DNA of 64,000 nucleotides from an uncultured Planctomycetaceae bacterium (GCA_963815195.1 CAWFGE010000017.1:96001-160000), one strand, 5' to 3'. Counted from the first letter of the stretch, positions 8,920 to 20,721 are shown. The notes: a model not told the origin generated them from the sequence alone. Numbers and translations are program-made.

Positions 8920-11818
8920 TCAATCGTTCCGCCGTTTCTCCGGGCGCTTCTTGAGGAACTGCGGACTGCTGACGATCACTTCCACCAGACGGCTGAAGCG
9001 GTCTTCTTTCGCGAGGGCTTGTTGCATTTCATCAATGAGCAACTCATCCGACAACAACAAGCTCCGCCCTAGACCGTAGGCCAAAAGCTTCCGGCACAGG
9101 TTCTCTTGAAACGGCTCTCCGCGATGTTTCAAGAGATAGTTTTCCAGACCGGCGAGCCCTTGGCCTTCGGCGCCGTTGGGGAAGGTCGTGCCCGCATCGA
9201 TCGGCTTTCCGCCCAAGTCTTTCTCGCGCCGATCTCCAATGGGGCCGTAGCCCTCGAATACCAATCCCGCGAAATCGAACTTCGCGTGGCAGACGGCGCA
9301 GCTGGGATTTTCCCGATGTTTCGCCAAGACTTCCCGCAGCGTCAAATCGCCCAGGTCGGCTTCATCTTCGGGAAGGTCCGGCACATTCGCGGGCGGGGCG
9401 GGAATCCGTTCGCCGAGCAATTGTTTCACCACCCAATACCCCCGCTTGACCGGGCTGGTTCTAAGTCCCGGCGAGGTCTTTGTCAGAAACACCGCCATCG
9501 GCAGCAAACCGCCGCGGCCATACTCGCGGGCATTGCCCACGCGCAGCCAACCCTCGGCATCGGCGGCGTCCTTCGAATACGGAATCCCATAATGTTCCGC
9601 GAGGTGCTCATCCACAAACGTATGCCGGGCTTCCAACAGATCGCGGACCCCGCCGTCCCGCCGGATCCAATCGAAGAGAAAATGCACCGGCTCCTGAAAC
9701 ATCGACTCGCGAAGCGCATCGGTGAACTGCGGAAACTTCGTGCGGTCCACGCCGACGTGATGTTGAAACTGCCGAAAGTCCAGCCAGTTCCCGGCAAACT
9801 CCACCGCGAGCGCGCGGGCGCGGTCATCCTTGAGCATCCTCCGAACTTGCTTTTTGAGGACCTCGGGCTTTCGCAACTCATCCGTGCGCGCGAGGTTCAA
9901 CAACTCTGCGTCCGGCATGCTGGACCAGAGGAAATAACTCAGCCGGCTCGCAAGCGCATCACTCGTCAGGCGGTTGTCGCCGTCCGCCGGTTCCGCAAAA
10001 TCCACCCGGTAACAAAAAAACGGCGACATCAAAACGCTGACCACGACATCGCGAACCGCTTCCTCGTGATCCAGATCGCTGTCTTCGCGGAGCGTGCGGT
10101 AAAACTTCAAAAGGTCCCGGCCTTCTTCCGCGGTCAGCGGTCGCCGCCAGGCTTTGCCCGCAAATTCCAGAATCGCTTCGAGATGCACTGGCTCGGCTTT
10201 GATGCGCGCCTGCTCGTGGGCTTGGATTTTTTTGGAAAGCGCCGCGAAATACTTTTCGATTTCCGCAAGGGCTTCCTTTTCGATGCCTCGCTTTTTGACG
10301 GCGGCCAGATACAGCCGGGCGAATTTCTTCATGGTGTCCGGCGAAGTGACCGTGCGGTCCTCGCCGCGGGCAAAATCGAACTCGGCCTCGGTGATGATCT
10401 CCCGGCCCTCGGCTCGCTCGAAATAAATGTAATCCCGAAACTGCCGGACCGGAGCCGCGGTGACGAAATCCAACTCCCGCCAAAGCTGATCCAACTTCGC
10501 CTTCTCGGCTTCGGACAAGAGCAAATCGCAAAGCGGGGCATCATCGCGGTAATAGCCCACCTGCAAGTGAAAGCCCGCACTCAAATACCGGCCCTTGTTC
10601 TGCTCTTCGAACGGCAGGTTCATCCGGCCGCGTTCGCTCAGCAAGAACCGATCGGGAAAAACATCGCAGAACCGTTCGATCGCCGCCTTGAGGTCTTGAT
10701 CCTGTTCTTCCTCGGCGGACAGCTTGCCCTGGCGGCGATGTTCCGCGATGAGCCGATTCTTCCAGAGGATGCCCGGTTGCGTGGACGGGTTGAGTTGCGG
10801 GATCATCACCAGCGGAAACGTGAATTGCCGTTCCGCCCGTTCCTGTTCGATCCAATTCTTGATGGCGCTAACTTCCTGCACCGGGAGTGCCGCCGACTCA
10901 TCCGCGGGCACGGGCAAAGCCTGCCATTTTTTGCGGAGTTCGGCGATGGGGCCAAAAGGGTTTTTGCCGTCGTGCAGCAGGTCCCAAAACGTCTGGAGAT
11001 ACTTGGGACTGATTCCGCGCGCCGCCGCCATTTGGGACAGGGTCTGTTCTTTCCGATGGAGCGGTTGGCGATGCTTGTACAACCACGCCGCGAGCAAGAA
11101 CTCATGGTCGTCGGTCTTTTGTTTGTTGTAGAAATCGATGATCCGCCGGACGGCGAACTTGTCCCGGTCGGAATAGATCATCGCGGGATGCGGGGCGAAC
11201 GCGAAGCCGTCGGGCATCAGGACCAAATGATCCGCCACCTGCTTCGCGGCCGCGAGATATTTGTTGAAGAGGGCCGGCGACATCGACAGGGATTCGCCGG
11301 AGTTTGTAAAGCCCGCCGGGTTCGCCGGGTCCACGGGGAACTCGCGGGTCGGGCGGATGTCCACGCCGGTCAAGTCGCGGATCGTGTAATCGAACTCGGC
11401 ATTGCTCAACCGCCGGGGCAGCACCACGCCCGGGTCGCCGGCATTTCGTTTCGCCTCGAAGGTTCGCAGATTTTCGATCCACTTGACCACCTTCGCCCGC
11501 TGTTTTGGCGTCGGAAACTCGGCGGCATCTTTGGGCGGCATCTCCCCGGCTTTCAATCGGCCCAAGACCAATTCCCAATGCCCCAGATCCGCCCGGACCG
11601 ATTCCAAGCTCGTTGAACCGGCTCAAATCGAACTTGGCCTCCTTTAAGGCTTCGCCGTGACAGTCGAGGCAAAAGCTTTTCAAAAACGGCCGGACGGAGG
11701 TTTCAAAATCCTGTTTGAGGGATTCCAATGCCGCTTCCTCCGCCGAAGCGCGGGAGAGGAAGCTCAGCACGATCCCCAAGGCGATTGTGGTCGATTTCAG
11801 CGCGCATACCCGTACCAT
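8920..11818 (-). CDS. Planctomycete cytochrome c / DUF1587-DUF1595-DUF1592-DUF1588-DUF1585 protein (frameshift near 11608)
   Basis: Signal peptide and CLDCH in one frame, continuing in another with RRLSNAEFDYTIRDL, LASRLSYFLWSSMPD, TSPVKRGYWV and CAVCH. Confidence 0.88.
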
Positions 11819-11838
11819 TTGGCTTTTACACAGATCAG

Positions 11839-11993
11839 TTGACAAATTCAGTACTTCCAAAAATGCCTGAGCCGCGCACGAAGTAAGTGGTCTTGCGCAG
11901 TCTGAGTCCCTGAAAACCGCTTACTTCGTGCGCGGCTCTTGAAAACCAAACCAATTTCCTGAGCTTTTTTGGAAGTACTGAAATTTTATTGTC
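11839..11993. repeat. REP-doublet (REPIN/MITE-like) element, family A copy 1
   Basis: Core GAGCCGCGCACGAAGTAAG...CTTACTTCGTGCGCGGCTC (11869-11938) inside outer IR TTCAGTACTTCCAAAAA/TTTTTGGAAGTACTGAA. Confidence 0.85.
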
Positions 11994-11994
11994 G

Positions 11995-12648
11995 TCAAAG
12001 AGCCGGGGACTCGCCAGTCCCAGCCGTCTGCTGCCCAAGCCAGCGGCCGGATAACCACAGGGCGAAGACGGCGATCGCCAAACCGCCGAACCAATCCCAG
12101 GTGTAATGCTGCTTGGTGGTCAGAATGGTGAGAGACAGCACGAGCACCGCCGCCGCGTAGCCTTTGGCCCAGGCTTTTTTCTCGGCCCAGGCGGCCCAGC
12201 ATACAATCGCGGGAAGCATGATATGCATCGAGGGAAAACTGCACGCGGGCGTATCGACCGCGGCGAGCCAGCGGTAAGCCGCGAGATCCCAAGAGCCGTC
12301 CGTCCCGGAGAGTTCCGGACGCGGGCAAGCGGTCGGCCAGAACACAAAGATCGGCACGGTGATCGCGAGGCAGATGAAATACGCCGCCACCGCTTGCCGA
12401 AGCACGCGATCGGTGCGGATCGCGAGCGCAACGGGCAGACTGATGAGGAAAAATGCGAGGTAAGGCAGGACGGTCCACGGCCAGAACGGCAGCCATTCAT
12501 CGAGGGCGGTCAACGGCAGCGGCCGGGGCGTTCGCCAATGCACCTGGTTTAACGTGACGTAAACCGCCGTCTGCAGCGCCACGATCGGCAAAATCACCTT
12601 CAGGTTCGAGATGAAAACGGAGGTGTTGTGATCCGCGCCTGTCCGCAT
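11995..12648 (-). CDS. PAP2-family membrane phosphatase/phosphotransferase
   Basis: CPRP, SFPSMH, TKQHYTWD motifs; hydrophobic. Confidence 0.85.
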   Translation of the reverse strand: MRTGADHNTSVFISNLKVILPIVALQTAVYVTLNQVHWRTPRPLPLTALDEWLPFWPWTVLPYLAFFLISLPVALAIRTDRVLRQAVAAYFICLAITVPIFVFWPTACPRPELSGTDGSWDLAAYRWLAAVDTPACSFPSMHIMLPAIVCWAAWAEKKAWAKGYAAAVLVLSLTILTTKQHYTWDWFGGLAIAVFALWLSGRWLGQQTAGTGESPAL

Positions 12649-12661
12649 CAAAAGTATCGCC

Positions 12662-13997
12662 TTACGATTTCATCGCAGTGAGCACCTCGTCCACAATCCG
12701 CACCGCGGTTTGGGCCTGGTCGCGGGAGATGACCAACGGCGGACAGAAGCGGATCGTGTTTTCGCCGCAGGTAAGCAGCAACAATCCCTTGTGGAACGCG
12801 CGCTGGATCAGTTCGTGGCTTTCTTCTTTGGCGAGCGTCTTTTTGCCGCGGTGCCGGACGAGTTCCATGCCGATCATCAAACCCCGTCCGCGCACGTCGC
12901 CGATGAGCGGATGCCGATCCGCGAGTTGCCGGAGTTCGCCCATCAAAAACTCGCCCACGTCGGCGGCGTTTTTCATCAGCGAACCTTCGAGCAGATCGAT
13001 CGTCGCCAGTGCCGCGGCGCAGCACACCGGGTTCCCGCCGAACGTGCTGGCGTGGCGCCGGGCGTCCAATCCATGACCTCGCTGCGGGCGACGATCGCCC
13101 CCAAAGGCATCCCGGACGCGATGCCTTTCGCAAGGCAGATAATATCCGGCTCCACGCCCCAATGTTCGGCGGCGAACATTTTCCCGGTGCGGCCCATGCC
13201 GGATTGCACTTCGTCCGCGACCAACAAAATCCCATGCTGATGCGTCAACTCGTAGAGCCGCGGCAGAAAGTCCGAGTGGGGAACGATATAGCCGCCTTCG
13301 CCTTGAATCGGCTCGACCACGATCGCCGCGATTTCATCGGGACCCGCGATCCGCGCGAAGAGGTTTTTCTTGATCTGCCGGAAACATTCCTCGACCGTCG
13401 GCCCGCGGTAGGGATTGGGATATTCGACGTGCAAAACATCCGCCAAAAGCGGGCCGAACTTCCGCTGCTGGGCGACCTTGCTCGCCGTCAGTGACAAGGC
13501 CCCGCAGGTCCGGCCGTGGAAGGCTCCGTAGAACGCGATGATCTTCTTCCGCCCCGTATGCCAGCGGGCCAGTTTGATTGCGGCTTCGACGGCCTCGGCT
13601 CCGGAGTTTCCGAAAAACACCCGCTTAGGCGAGCGGCCCGGTGCCAACTTCGCGAGCCGTTTGGCGAGTTCGCCCTGCGGACCGTAATAAAAATCGGTGC
13701 CCGACATATGCAAGAGGCGATCGCTTTGGGTTTTGATCGCCTCGACGATTTTGGGATGACAATGCCCGGTTGCGGACACGGCGATCCCCGCGGTGAAATC
13801 GAGAAACGCGTTCCCGTCCATATCTTCGATTACCGCCCCCGCACCGCGCGCGACCGCCAGCGGATACACGCGAGTGTAGGAAGGGGACGTGATATTGCTT
13901 CGTCGGTTTCGATGAGCCGCTTGGCGTTCGGGCCGGGCAATTCGGTAAGGATTTTCGGCGCGGCGAGCGCCGCAAGATCGGAATAGGATGTGCTCAT
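12662..13997 (-). CDS. Class III PLP aminotransferase (4-aminobutyrate/acetylornithine family), frameshifts near 13895 and 13054
   Basis: ELPGPNAK, LDFTAGIAV, NSGAEAVEAA, EPIQGEGG, DEVQSGMGRTG, LAKGIASG, HASTFGGNP, VRGRGLMIG across three frames. Confidence 0.9.
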
Positions 13998-14124
13998 AAG
14001 AATCTCCCAGAAGAACCCGTCTCCCCGCCTTCTGGAACTGATATAATGATAGGGAGGAAACGAAAGCGGGAACAGGGGTTGTTTCCCGACGTTCGATTTG
14101 TTTCTCAGTCCAGGAAGGCGAACT

Positions 14125-15102
14125 ATGTCACAAAACCTGCAAAACCCGCAAGATCAGTCTCCCGGCCCGCACGGCCGCATCGCCGCCGGCGACGCCCGCG
14201 AACGCTTCGCGGCCGCCCTTTTCGACCGGCTCTGGGACCGCTATCGCGAGCGGGTGTCCTACGTGCGGGATTATGAAAAAGTCATCGCCGAGCACAGGGC
14301 GACGTTCGTCAACGATCACATCGCATTCCGCACGTTCGCCACGCAGGAACCCTTGGCGGGAATCGCCTCGCTTTCACGGATCTTTGAAGCCCTGGGCTAC
14401 CAGGCGGCGGGGTGTTATCAGTTCCCCGACAAGCATCTCTCCGCGATCCATTTCCAACATCAAAACGCCGACTTCCCCAAGCTGTTTATCTCGGAACTCA
14501 GGCTCTGGGAACTCTCGGCGGAGACGCAAATTCGCATCACCTCTCACGTCAAATCCCATCGCTATCCGATTGATTTGGATGTGCTCGCGAAACTCTCGAA
14601 GTTGGGCGGCAAAGATGCCCATGAACCGCCGGATGAGACATTACTCAAGCGGACGCTTCAGGAGTTTGAAGTCCTGCCCTGGGCCGTTCCGAACAAGGCG
14701 GATGTGGAAGCCGTCAACAAAGAAAGCCAATACGCGGCGTGGGTGCTGGTGCACGGTTACAACGTGAACCATTTTACGTCGCTGATCAACTCGCACGGCG
14801 TGGACGACTTAAACAACATCGACAAAACCATCGCGGCCCTGAAAGCAGCCGGCGTGCCCATGAAAGCCGAGGTGGAAGGCGAACCGGGATCCAAACTCCG
14901 CCAGTCCGCGACCGCGGCCGTGGAGATCGACGTGCCCGTGATCGACAGCGGCCATCAAACCGCCATGCCCTGGAGCTACGCCTACTTCGAACTCGCCGAA
15001 CGCGGAGAGGTCGCCGATTCCGAAACCGGCGGGTCGCATCGCTTTGAAGGTTTCTTGGGGCCGCAAGCGACGCAACTGTTTGAGATGACGCGGCGGGGGT
15101 AA
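14125..15102 (+). CDS. DUF1338 protein (2-oxoadipate dioxygenase/decarboxylase, HglS-like)
   Basis: NDHIAFRT, PKLFISEL, ESQYAAW, HGYNVNHFT, LRQSAT, YFELAER. Confidence 0.85.
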   Translation: MSQNLQNPQDQSPGPHGRIAAGDARERFAAALFDRLWDRYRERVSYVRDYEKVIAEHRATFVNDHIAFRTFATQEPLAGIASLSRIFEALGYQAAGCYQFPDKHLSAIHFQHQNADFPKLFISELRLWELSAETQIRITSHVKSHRYPIDLDVLAKLSKLGGKDAHEPPDETLLKRTLQEFEVLPWAVPNKADVEAVNKESQYAAWVLVHGYNVNHFTSLINSHGVDDLNNIDKTIAALKAAGVPMKAEVEGEPGSKLRQSATAAVEIDVPVIDSGHQTAMPWSYAYFELAERGEVADSETGGSHRFEGFLGPQATQLFEMTRRG

Positions 15103-15147
15103 ATGCCTGATGAATGACCAATTCCAGTCCGCGATTTGAACGGGTTC

Positions 15148-15265
15148 CAAATTCAGTCGTTCCAAGAGCCGCGCACGAAGTAAGCGGTTTTTCTAGATTT
15201 ACACATCGCAATACCGCTTACTTCGTGCGCGGCTCCGGCATTTTTGCAATTACGGAAATTCTCAA
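15148..15265. repeat. REP-doublet element family A copy 2 (inverted relative to copy 1)
   Basis: Perfect 22-bp IR core 15166-15235; right flank GGCATTTTTGCAATTACGGAAATTCTCAA matches the reverse complement of the copy 1 left flank. Confidence 0.85.
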
Positions 15266-16671
15266 ATCAACTCGCGGATGGGTTCGCCGGCGTCGAGCAG
15301 ATATTGCGGGCGGCCCCTGGGATCTTGGATGGTCGTGCGGTGCGGATCGATTCCCAAGCTGCGATAAAGCGTCGCGAACACATCTTTGTAGGTCATCGGC
15401 CGGGAGATGACGTGGGAGGCGGTGCGGTCCGTCGCTCCTAAAACCTGGCCTGTTCGCAAACCGCCGCCGGCTAACAGGGCCGGTCCCACGCGGGGCCAGT
15501 GGTCGCGGCCGCCGCTGGAATTGATTCGCGGCGTGCGGCCGAATTCCCCCCAGGCGACAATCGCGACATCATCGAGCATCCCGCGTTCTTCCAAATCGAG
15601 CACCAACGCGGAAAGTCCCTGATCGACCAAAGGCAGCATCTGCTTCATGCGCGGGAAGTTTTTGGAGTGCGTGTCGAAATCACTGAACGACAAGCTCACC
15701 ACGCGAACGCCGGCTTCGATCAGCCGCCGGGCCAGCAAAAACTTCTTGACCGACTCCGGCCCTTCCGCCGTGTAAAAGCGTTCGGCGTTGTCCTGAGCCG
15801 GTGCGGTATAGCGGGCCAGGATGCGGGGATCTTCCCGCTCCAAATCCAAGGCCTCGGCGAGTCGGCCCGAGGTCAAAATGCTGACGGCCTGCTGGGTGAA
15901 CTCGTCCATCGCCTCCATCATTCCGGTCGAATCCGCTTCCCGCCGCAAGCGGTCCAAACCGTCCAACAGCTGCGTGCGGCCGTGCAAGCGGTCCAAGGGA
16001 AGGTCGGCGTTCAAAGTCAGCGGCGTGCTGTGGTTCTCACCCAAGCGGGCGAGCTCGTTTTTCATCCCGGCTTCCAATTCCCGCGCGAACATCTGGGACA
16101 GATCGGGACGGAACGGCTGAAACGCCGGGCCCAAAAATCCGGGGCGGGCACTGTTTCGCACCAGCGGCCGGCCTTGCATCAAATCCACAAACGGCGGGGC
16201 GATGTCCTCGGGCGAGCCTTCTAACCGGGCGATGACTGAACCCAGCGCCGGCCGGCCGCCCAGCGATTCCAAATCCTTCGTGTGAAACCCCGATTGGCAT
16301 TGAAACGCATCATGCCGGCCCGCCGACTCGACCAGCGAACGGATGAACGCAAACCGATCCGCGATCGCGGCCAAACGGGGCAGCAACTCGCAAATCTGAA
16401 ATCCGGGCAGATTCGTGTCGATCGGCAGAAACTCGCCGCGAACTTCTTTGGGGGCGGCGGGCTTGAGATCGATCGTGTCCATCTGCGGCGGACCGCCGTC
16501 GAGATGGATGTTGATAATCGCCTTCCGCGAAGCCTTCCCGCCGGCCGCCGCTTCCGCCCGCAAGAGGCTTGGCAGCGTCAAGCCGAAAGCCCCCATCGCC
16601 CCGATCCGCAAGAATCGCCGCCGTTCGATTTTCCGCGCAGCCGTGGTGCGAAGTTCAGAAAGCGTCAGCAT
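15262..16671 (-). CDS. DUF1501 domain protein
   Basis: RRRFLRIG Tat-like N-terminus, LDGGPPQMDTIDLKP, ARRLIEAGV, GEFGRTP, GRDHW. Confidence 0.93.
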   Translation of the reverse strand: MLTLSELRTTAARKIERRRFLRIGAMGAFGLTLPSLLRAEAAAGGKASRKAIINIHLDGGPPQMDTIDLKPAAPKEVRGEFLPIDTNLPGFQICELLPRLAAIADRFAFIRSLVESAGRHDAFQCQSGFHTKDLESLGGRPALGSVIARLEGSPEDIAPPFVDLMQGRPLVRNSARPGFLGPAFQPFRPDLSQMFARELEAGMKNELARLGENHSTPLTLNADLPLDRLHGRTQLLDGLDRLRREADSTGMMEAMDEFTQQAVSILTSGRLAEALDLEREDPRILARYTAPAQDNAERFYTAEGPESVKKFLLARRLIEAGVRVVSLSFSDFDTHSKNFPRMKQMLPLVDQGLSALVLDLEERGMLDDVAIVAWGEFGRTPRINSSGGRDHWPRVGPALLAGGGLRTGQVLGATDRTASHVISRPMTYKDVFATLYRSLGIDPHRTTIQDPRGRPQYLLDAGEPIRELI

Positions 16672-16725
16672 CGGTCGGCCCATTGAAAAAGGTTGCCTTG
16701 AAGCCGGGGAACACTCCATTCTATA

Positions 16726-17083
16726 TCAAGAAAGTTTGATTTGTTGCAACCCTTTGGGAATTTCGAGGATTTGTGATGCTGTCGCAAAGAAGGCCGAGAC
16801 CGGTTCGTGGAACTCGTCCAGCGGGGCGGGCAAGGTGAGTTCTTCCTCGCCTTCCAGAATCACCCCGGGCCGGTGGGGATAGAACACGTGGGCCGCTTGG
16901 GATTCGAGCACGCACACCAGTTCCACGCCGGCGTTTAGATACTCGGCGACCTTCTCGAGAATCTCGCTCCAACGGTCATGGGGCGATCGCACCTCGAATA
17001 CGTTGTTGGGGGACACTCCGGGGTAACCCTCGAGATGAGCGTCCCGCGGCAGTCGGTCGTAACTATAGAAGCAAACATCCGCC
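16726..17083 (-). pseudogene. 5'-truncated Uma2-family endonuclease remnant
   Basis: ADVCFYSYDRLP...PNNVFEVRSPHDRWSEILEKVAEYLNAGV; in-frame stop shortly upstream, N-terminal half missing. Confidence 0.75.
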
Positions 17084-17255
17084 CTTCGGCGGGCCTGATG
17101 AAAGACTCCGGAGCGTTTTATTCATGTTAAACCTGGGAACCGATTTGTTCCAGAGGAATCCGCATGCGCGAAGTTCGCGCTCGCCGTTGGACAAATTCGC
17201 TAGAATGTCGTGATTGCGGATCAATCAATTTGACCGGGCAATTCAGGAGACATCT

Positions 17256-18085
17256 ATGACAACATTCACTCGGCAGGCGATTTTGGCGGAGCTTCGCGAG
17301 AAGGTCGCGGCGGGGCGGCCGATTATCGGCGGCGGGGCGGGGACGGGGATCAGCGCGAAGCTCGAAGCCGCGGGCGGGATTGATTTGATCGTCATCTACA
17401 ACTCCGGACGGTTTCGCATGGCGGGGCGGGGCTCCTTGGCGGGGATGATGCCCTACGGCGATGCCAACGCGATTGTGATGGACATGGCCCGCGAGGTGAT
17501 TCCCGTGGTGCCGAAGACGCCGGTGTTGGCGGGCGTGTGCGGCACCGATCCCTTTCGCGTGATGAGCCGGTTTTTAGAGGACATCCGCGCCGCCGGGTTT
17601 GCGGGGGTGCAGAATTTCCCCACGGTGGGTTTGATCGATGGCACCTTTCGCCGGGTCTTGAAGAAACAGGGATGGGCTTCGGCCTCGAGGTCGATCTGAT
17701 CCGCGAAGCCCACCGGCAGGATCTGCTGACAACGCCTTATGCTTTCAACCCGGACGAAGCCACCGCGATGGCCGAGGCGGGGGCGGATATTTTGATCCCG
17801 CACATGGGTCTGACGACGAAAGGCACAATCGGAGCCGGCACCGCGATCACATTGGAAGAAGCCGCGAATCGCGTGCAAGCGATGCACGATGCCGCCAAGA
17901 AGATCAACCCGGAGATTCTCGTCCTCTGCCACGGCGGCCCCATCGCGGAACCCGCCGACGCCCAATACATCCTCGATCACACCGAAGGCATCGTGGGATT
18001 CTACGGAGCGAGCAGCATGGAACGTTTGCCCGTGGAACCCGCCATCACGGGGCGGATTCGGGAATTCGCGGAGCTGAAATTGTGA
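17256..18085 (+). CDS. Phosphoenolpyruvate-hydrolase-like TIM-barrel protein (frameshift near 17652)
   Basis: [40 protein letters not shown], then [22 protein letters not shown]. Confidence 0.9.
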
Positions 18086-18302
18086 TTCGAAACAGGCGAG
18101 CGGAGAGCGTTAACCCTCCGGCGGTGAAAAGGAATCCGTGAATCGCGGTTCGGCGAGCCGGCTTGTTGACCGACCGGCGTTCCGGGCTGCACGAAAGAGC
18201 TCCGAGGACGCGAACCCGTTCCGCTTGAATTGGAGGCGGACATTGGTTGGAATGGGCGAAAACGAACAGGTACGAAAACGCTTCAACCGAGGAAAGTCCA
18301 AG

Positions 18303-19789
18303 ATGAACATGCGGCTGAATGGATCGGAATGGAAGTCGGCGGACGTGGATTGGCTCGTGGCGGCGGTTCCCGAAGCCGAAACCTGGCCCGAAAACCTGAA
18401 GGCTTTGGACGACACGCTGGAAGGGCTTTTGACCCGGCTGCGGGAACGGGGCGATCTGTCGGGCAAGCTGGGCGAAGTCTCGAAGATCCTCGATGTGCCG
18501 CAAATCGCCGCCCGCCGACTGTTGTGCATCGGCCTGGGACCGGCGGACAAGCTCGGCCCGGCCGCTTTGAACAAAATCTTCAGCACCGCCGCCCGCGCGA
18601 TCTCGGAAAAGCCCCGCCAGACAGTCGGGGTCGCGATCCCGAGCCTGCCCGGTTCCGATTGGGACGAGCCGCGCCTCCTGGAAATCGCCGCGACCGCGTT
18701 TGCCGTGGGATGCGTGGGGCAGGGGATCTATCAAAAGGAGCCGGGACGGCATCCGTTGGAACGCGTCGAGTTTCTCTGCTCGGAATCCGCGTCCCATCAA
18801 ACCGCCGTCGACCGCGGCGGCGTTGTGGGCGAGGGCATCAACCTCGCCCGCGAACTCGTCAACCTGTCCCCCGAGGACATGTATCCCGAACGCTTCGCCC
18901 TTAGAGCCGGCGAACTGGCGAAAGAACTCGGGCTCGAATGTGAAGTCTTTGACGAAAGCCGGCTGGAGTCCGAACGCATGGCGGCGCTGCTCGCTGTCGC
19001 GCGGGGCAGCGCCGGGCGCCGCGGATGGTGGTCTTGAAGTATCAAGGCGGCGGGGCCGATGCGCCCACGCTGGCGCTCGCGGGAAAAGGCGTGACGTTCG
19101 ACAGCGGCGGCTTGTCGCTCAAGCCGACCGAAAGCATGCTCACGATGAAATGCGACATGGCCGGAGCCGCGACGGTGCTCGGCGCGGTCGTCAGCCTGGC
19201 CCGGTTGAAAATTCCCGTTAACGTCGTGGGCTACATGGGCCTCGTGGAAAACATGCTCAGCGGTTTGTCCTACAAGCTGGGCGATGTGCTCACCGCGCGA
19301 AACGGCGTGACGATTGAAGTCCAGAACACCGACGCCGAGGGCCGATTGGTTCTGGCCGATGTGCTCAGCTACGCCGCCGACCAGAAGCCGGCCCGCCTGA
19401 TCGATCTGGCGACGCTGACCGGTGCCTGCGTCGTGGCCTTGGGCGAACAGGTGACCGGCGCCTTCACGAACGACCAGGCCTGGTGCGACGACGTGCTCGC
19501 CTCAGCGAAACGGACCGGCGAAGACATCTGGCAACTCCCCATGTTCGATCATTACGCCGACCTGCTCGCGAGCGACGTGGCCGACTGCAAAAACGTAGGC
19601 GGCCGCTGGGGCGGCGCGATCACCGCCGGGAAGTTCCTGGAAAAATTCGTAGGGGACGTGCCCTGGGTCCACTTGGACATCGCGGGCCCGTCGTTTGCTT
19701 CGAGCAGCAAGCCCCACCAGGAAGGCGGCGCCACCGGCTGCATGGTCCGCACGCTGATCGAAGCCGCGACGCACCGGCGGGACGCATAG
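18303..19789 (+). CDS. pepA: Leucyl aminopeptidase, M17 (frameshift near 19015)
   Basis: [46 protein letters not shown]. Confidence 0.93.
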
Positions 19790-19936
19790 GAAATCCTGCC
19801 GATCGCCATCGTCCCTCCCGATCCCCGCCCATCACGGACCGCGACGTTGCGGACCTCCGCGGATCGACGCCACTTGCAACTCCCCGCGGACCTTTGCCGC
19901 TTTCCTGCTTCAAAAAAAACGGCGGGAAGCCGGCGG

Positions 19937-20152
19937 GGTGGCACTGGCAGCTTGCCTGCCAGTGCGAAGCGGATGAAACGCGCCCCGAATCCACGCCCAT
20001 GAAAAGCACTGGCAACAAGTTGCCAGTGGCACCCGCCGCCCCGAATCCACGCCCATGAAAAGCACTGGCAACAAGTTGCCAGTGGCACCCGCCGCGCCCC
20101 GAATCCACGCCCATGAAAAGCACTGGCAACAAGTTGCCAGTGGCACCCGCCG
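19937..20152. repeat. REP cluster: one inverted unit plus three tandem 56-58-bp units
   Basis: CGCCCCGAATCCACGCCCATGAAAAGCACTGGCAACAAGTTGCCAGTGGCACCCGC at 19981, 20037 and 20095; opposed GGGTGGCACTGGCAGCTTGCCTGCCAGTGC at 19937. Confidence 0.92.
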
Positions 20153-20169
20153 CCCACGGCACAGTTAAG

Positions 20170-20721
20170 TTAGACGAACACTTCTCGAATCGGGAGTTGC
20201 CAGCCCGGGATTACGTCGCCTCCCTCAAGCGTGTCCGCTTCGGTCAGCCTGATAATGTCCGTGGGGAAGCGATAGACTGTCACAGACCGCTGACGCGGAT
20301 TGACCACAATGACCAGCCGGCTTCCTGCGTCAAGCCACCCCGCCACCTTTTCCTCCACATCGGCATAGCGGTCGGAGGGTGAGATGACTTCGACTGCGAG
20401 ATCGGGCGCACCTGGCCAGTAGCCTTCGGTCTCTCCCACCGCTTCGCACCGCTCTTGACAGACAAAGGCCACATCTGGGGCACGCACCGTGTCCGGGTCC
20501 TGCGTGAGTTGGAAGCCCGTCTCCGCGGCATAGACCGCCCCGAGGTTGTGGGTTTCCACGTGCTGAAAGAGGTGGGCCGCGATCCGCATCGCGAGACGTC
20601 CATGCCTGGGGCCGGCTGGAGCCATCTGCCGCAGTTCTCCTCGGATGAGTTCGTAACGGTGCCCCTCGCCGGAGAGACGCAACAGATCGGCGGCGGTCAT
20701 GCTGTGGAGCTTTGTGCTCAT
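20170..20721 (-). CDS. Uma2-family (PD-(D/E)xK) endonuclease
   Basis: RYELIRGEL, DPDTVRAPDVAFV, APDLAVEVISPSD. Confidence 0.93.
   Translation of the reverse strand: MSTKLHSMTAADLLRLSGEGHRYELIRGELRQMAPAGPRHGRLAMRIAAHLFQHVETHNLGAVYAAETGFQLTQDPDTVRAPDVAFVCQERCEAVGETEGYWPGAPDLAVEVISPSDRYADVEEKVAGWLDAGSRLVIVVNPRQRSVTVYRFPTDIIRLTEADTLEGGDVIPGWQLPIREVFV

Noticed and set aside
9106..11616. Long antisense ORFs (also 21089-23110, 23618-25975, 39169-41280, 56603-58861 and others)
   Set aside because: Shadows of real genes on the opposite strand in high-GC DNA; no recognisable motifs.
17640..19030. Programmed ribosomal frameshifting in the split genes
   Set aside because: No slippery heptamers or stimulatory structures noticed; breaks are scattered over unrelated genes, consistent with sequencing indels.
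19981..20152. CRISPR array
   Set aside because: Units are contiguous and identical with no unique spacers; no cas genes in the window.
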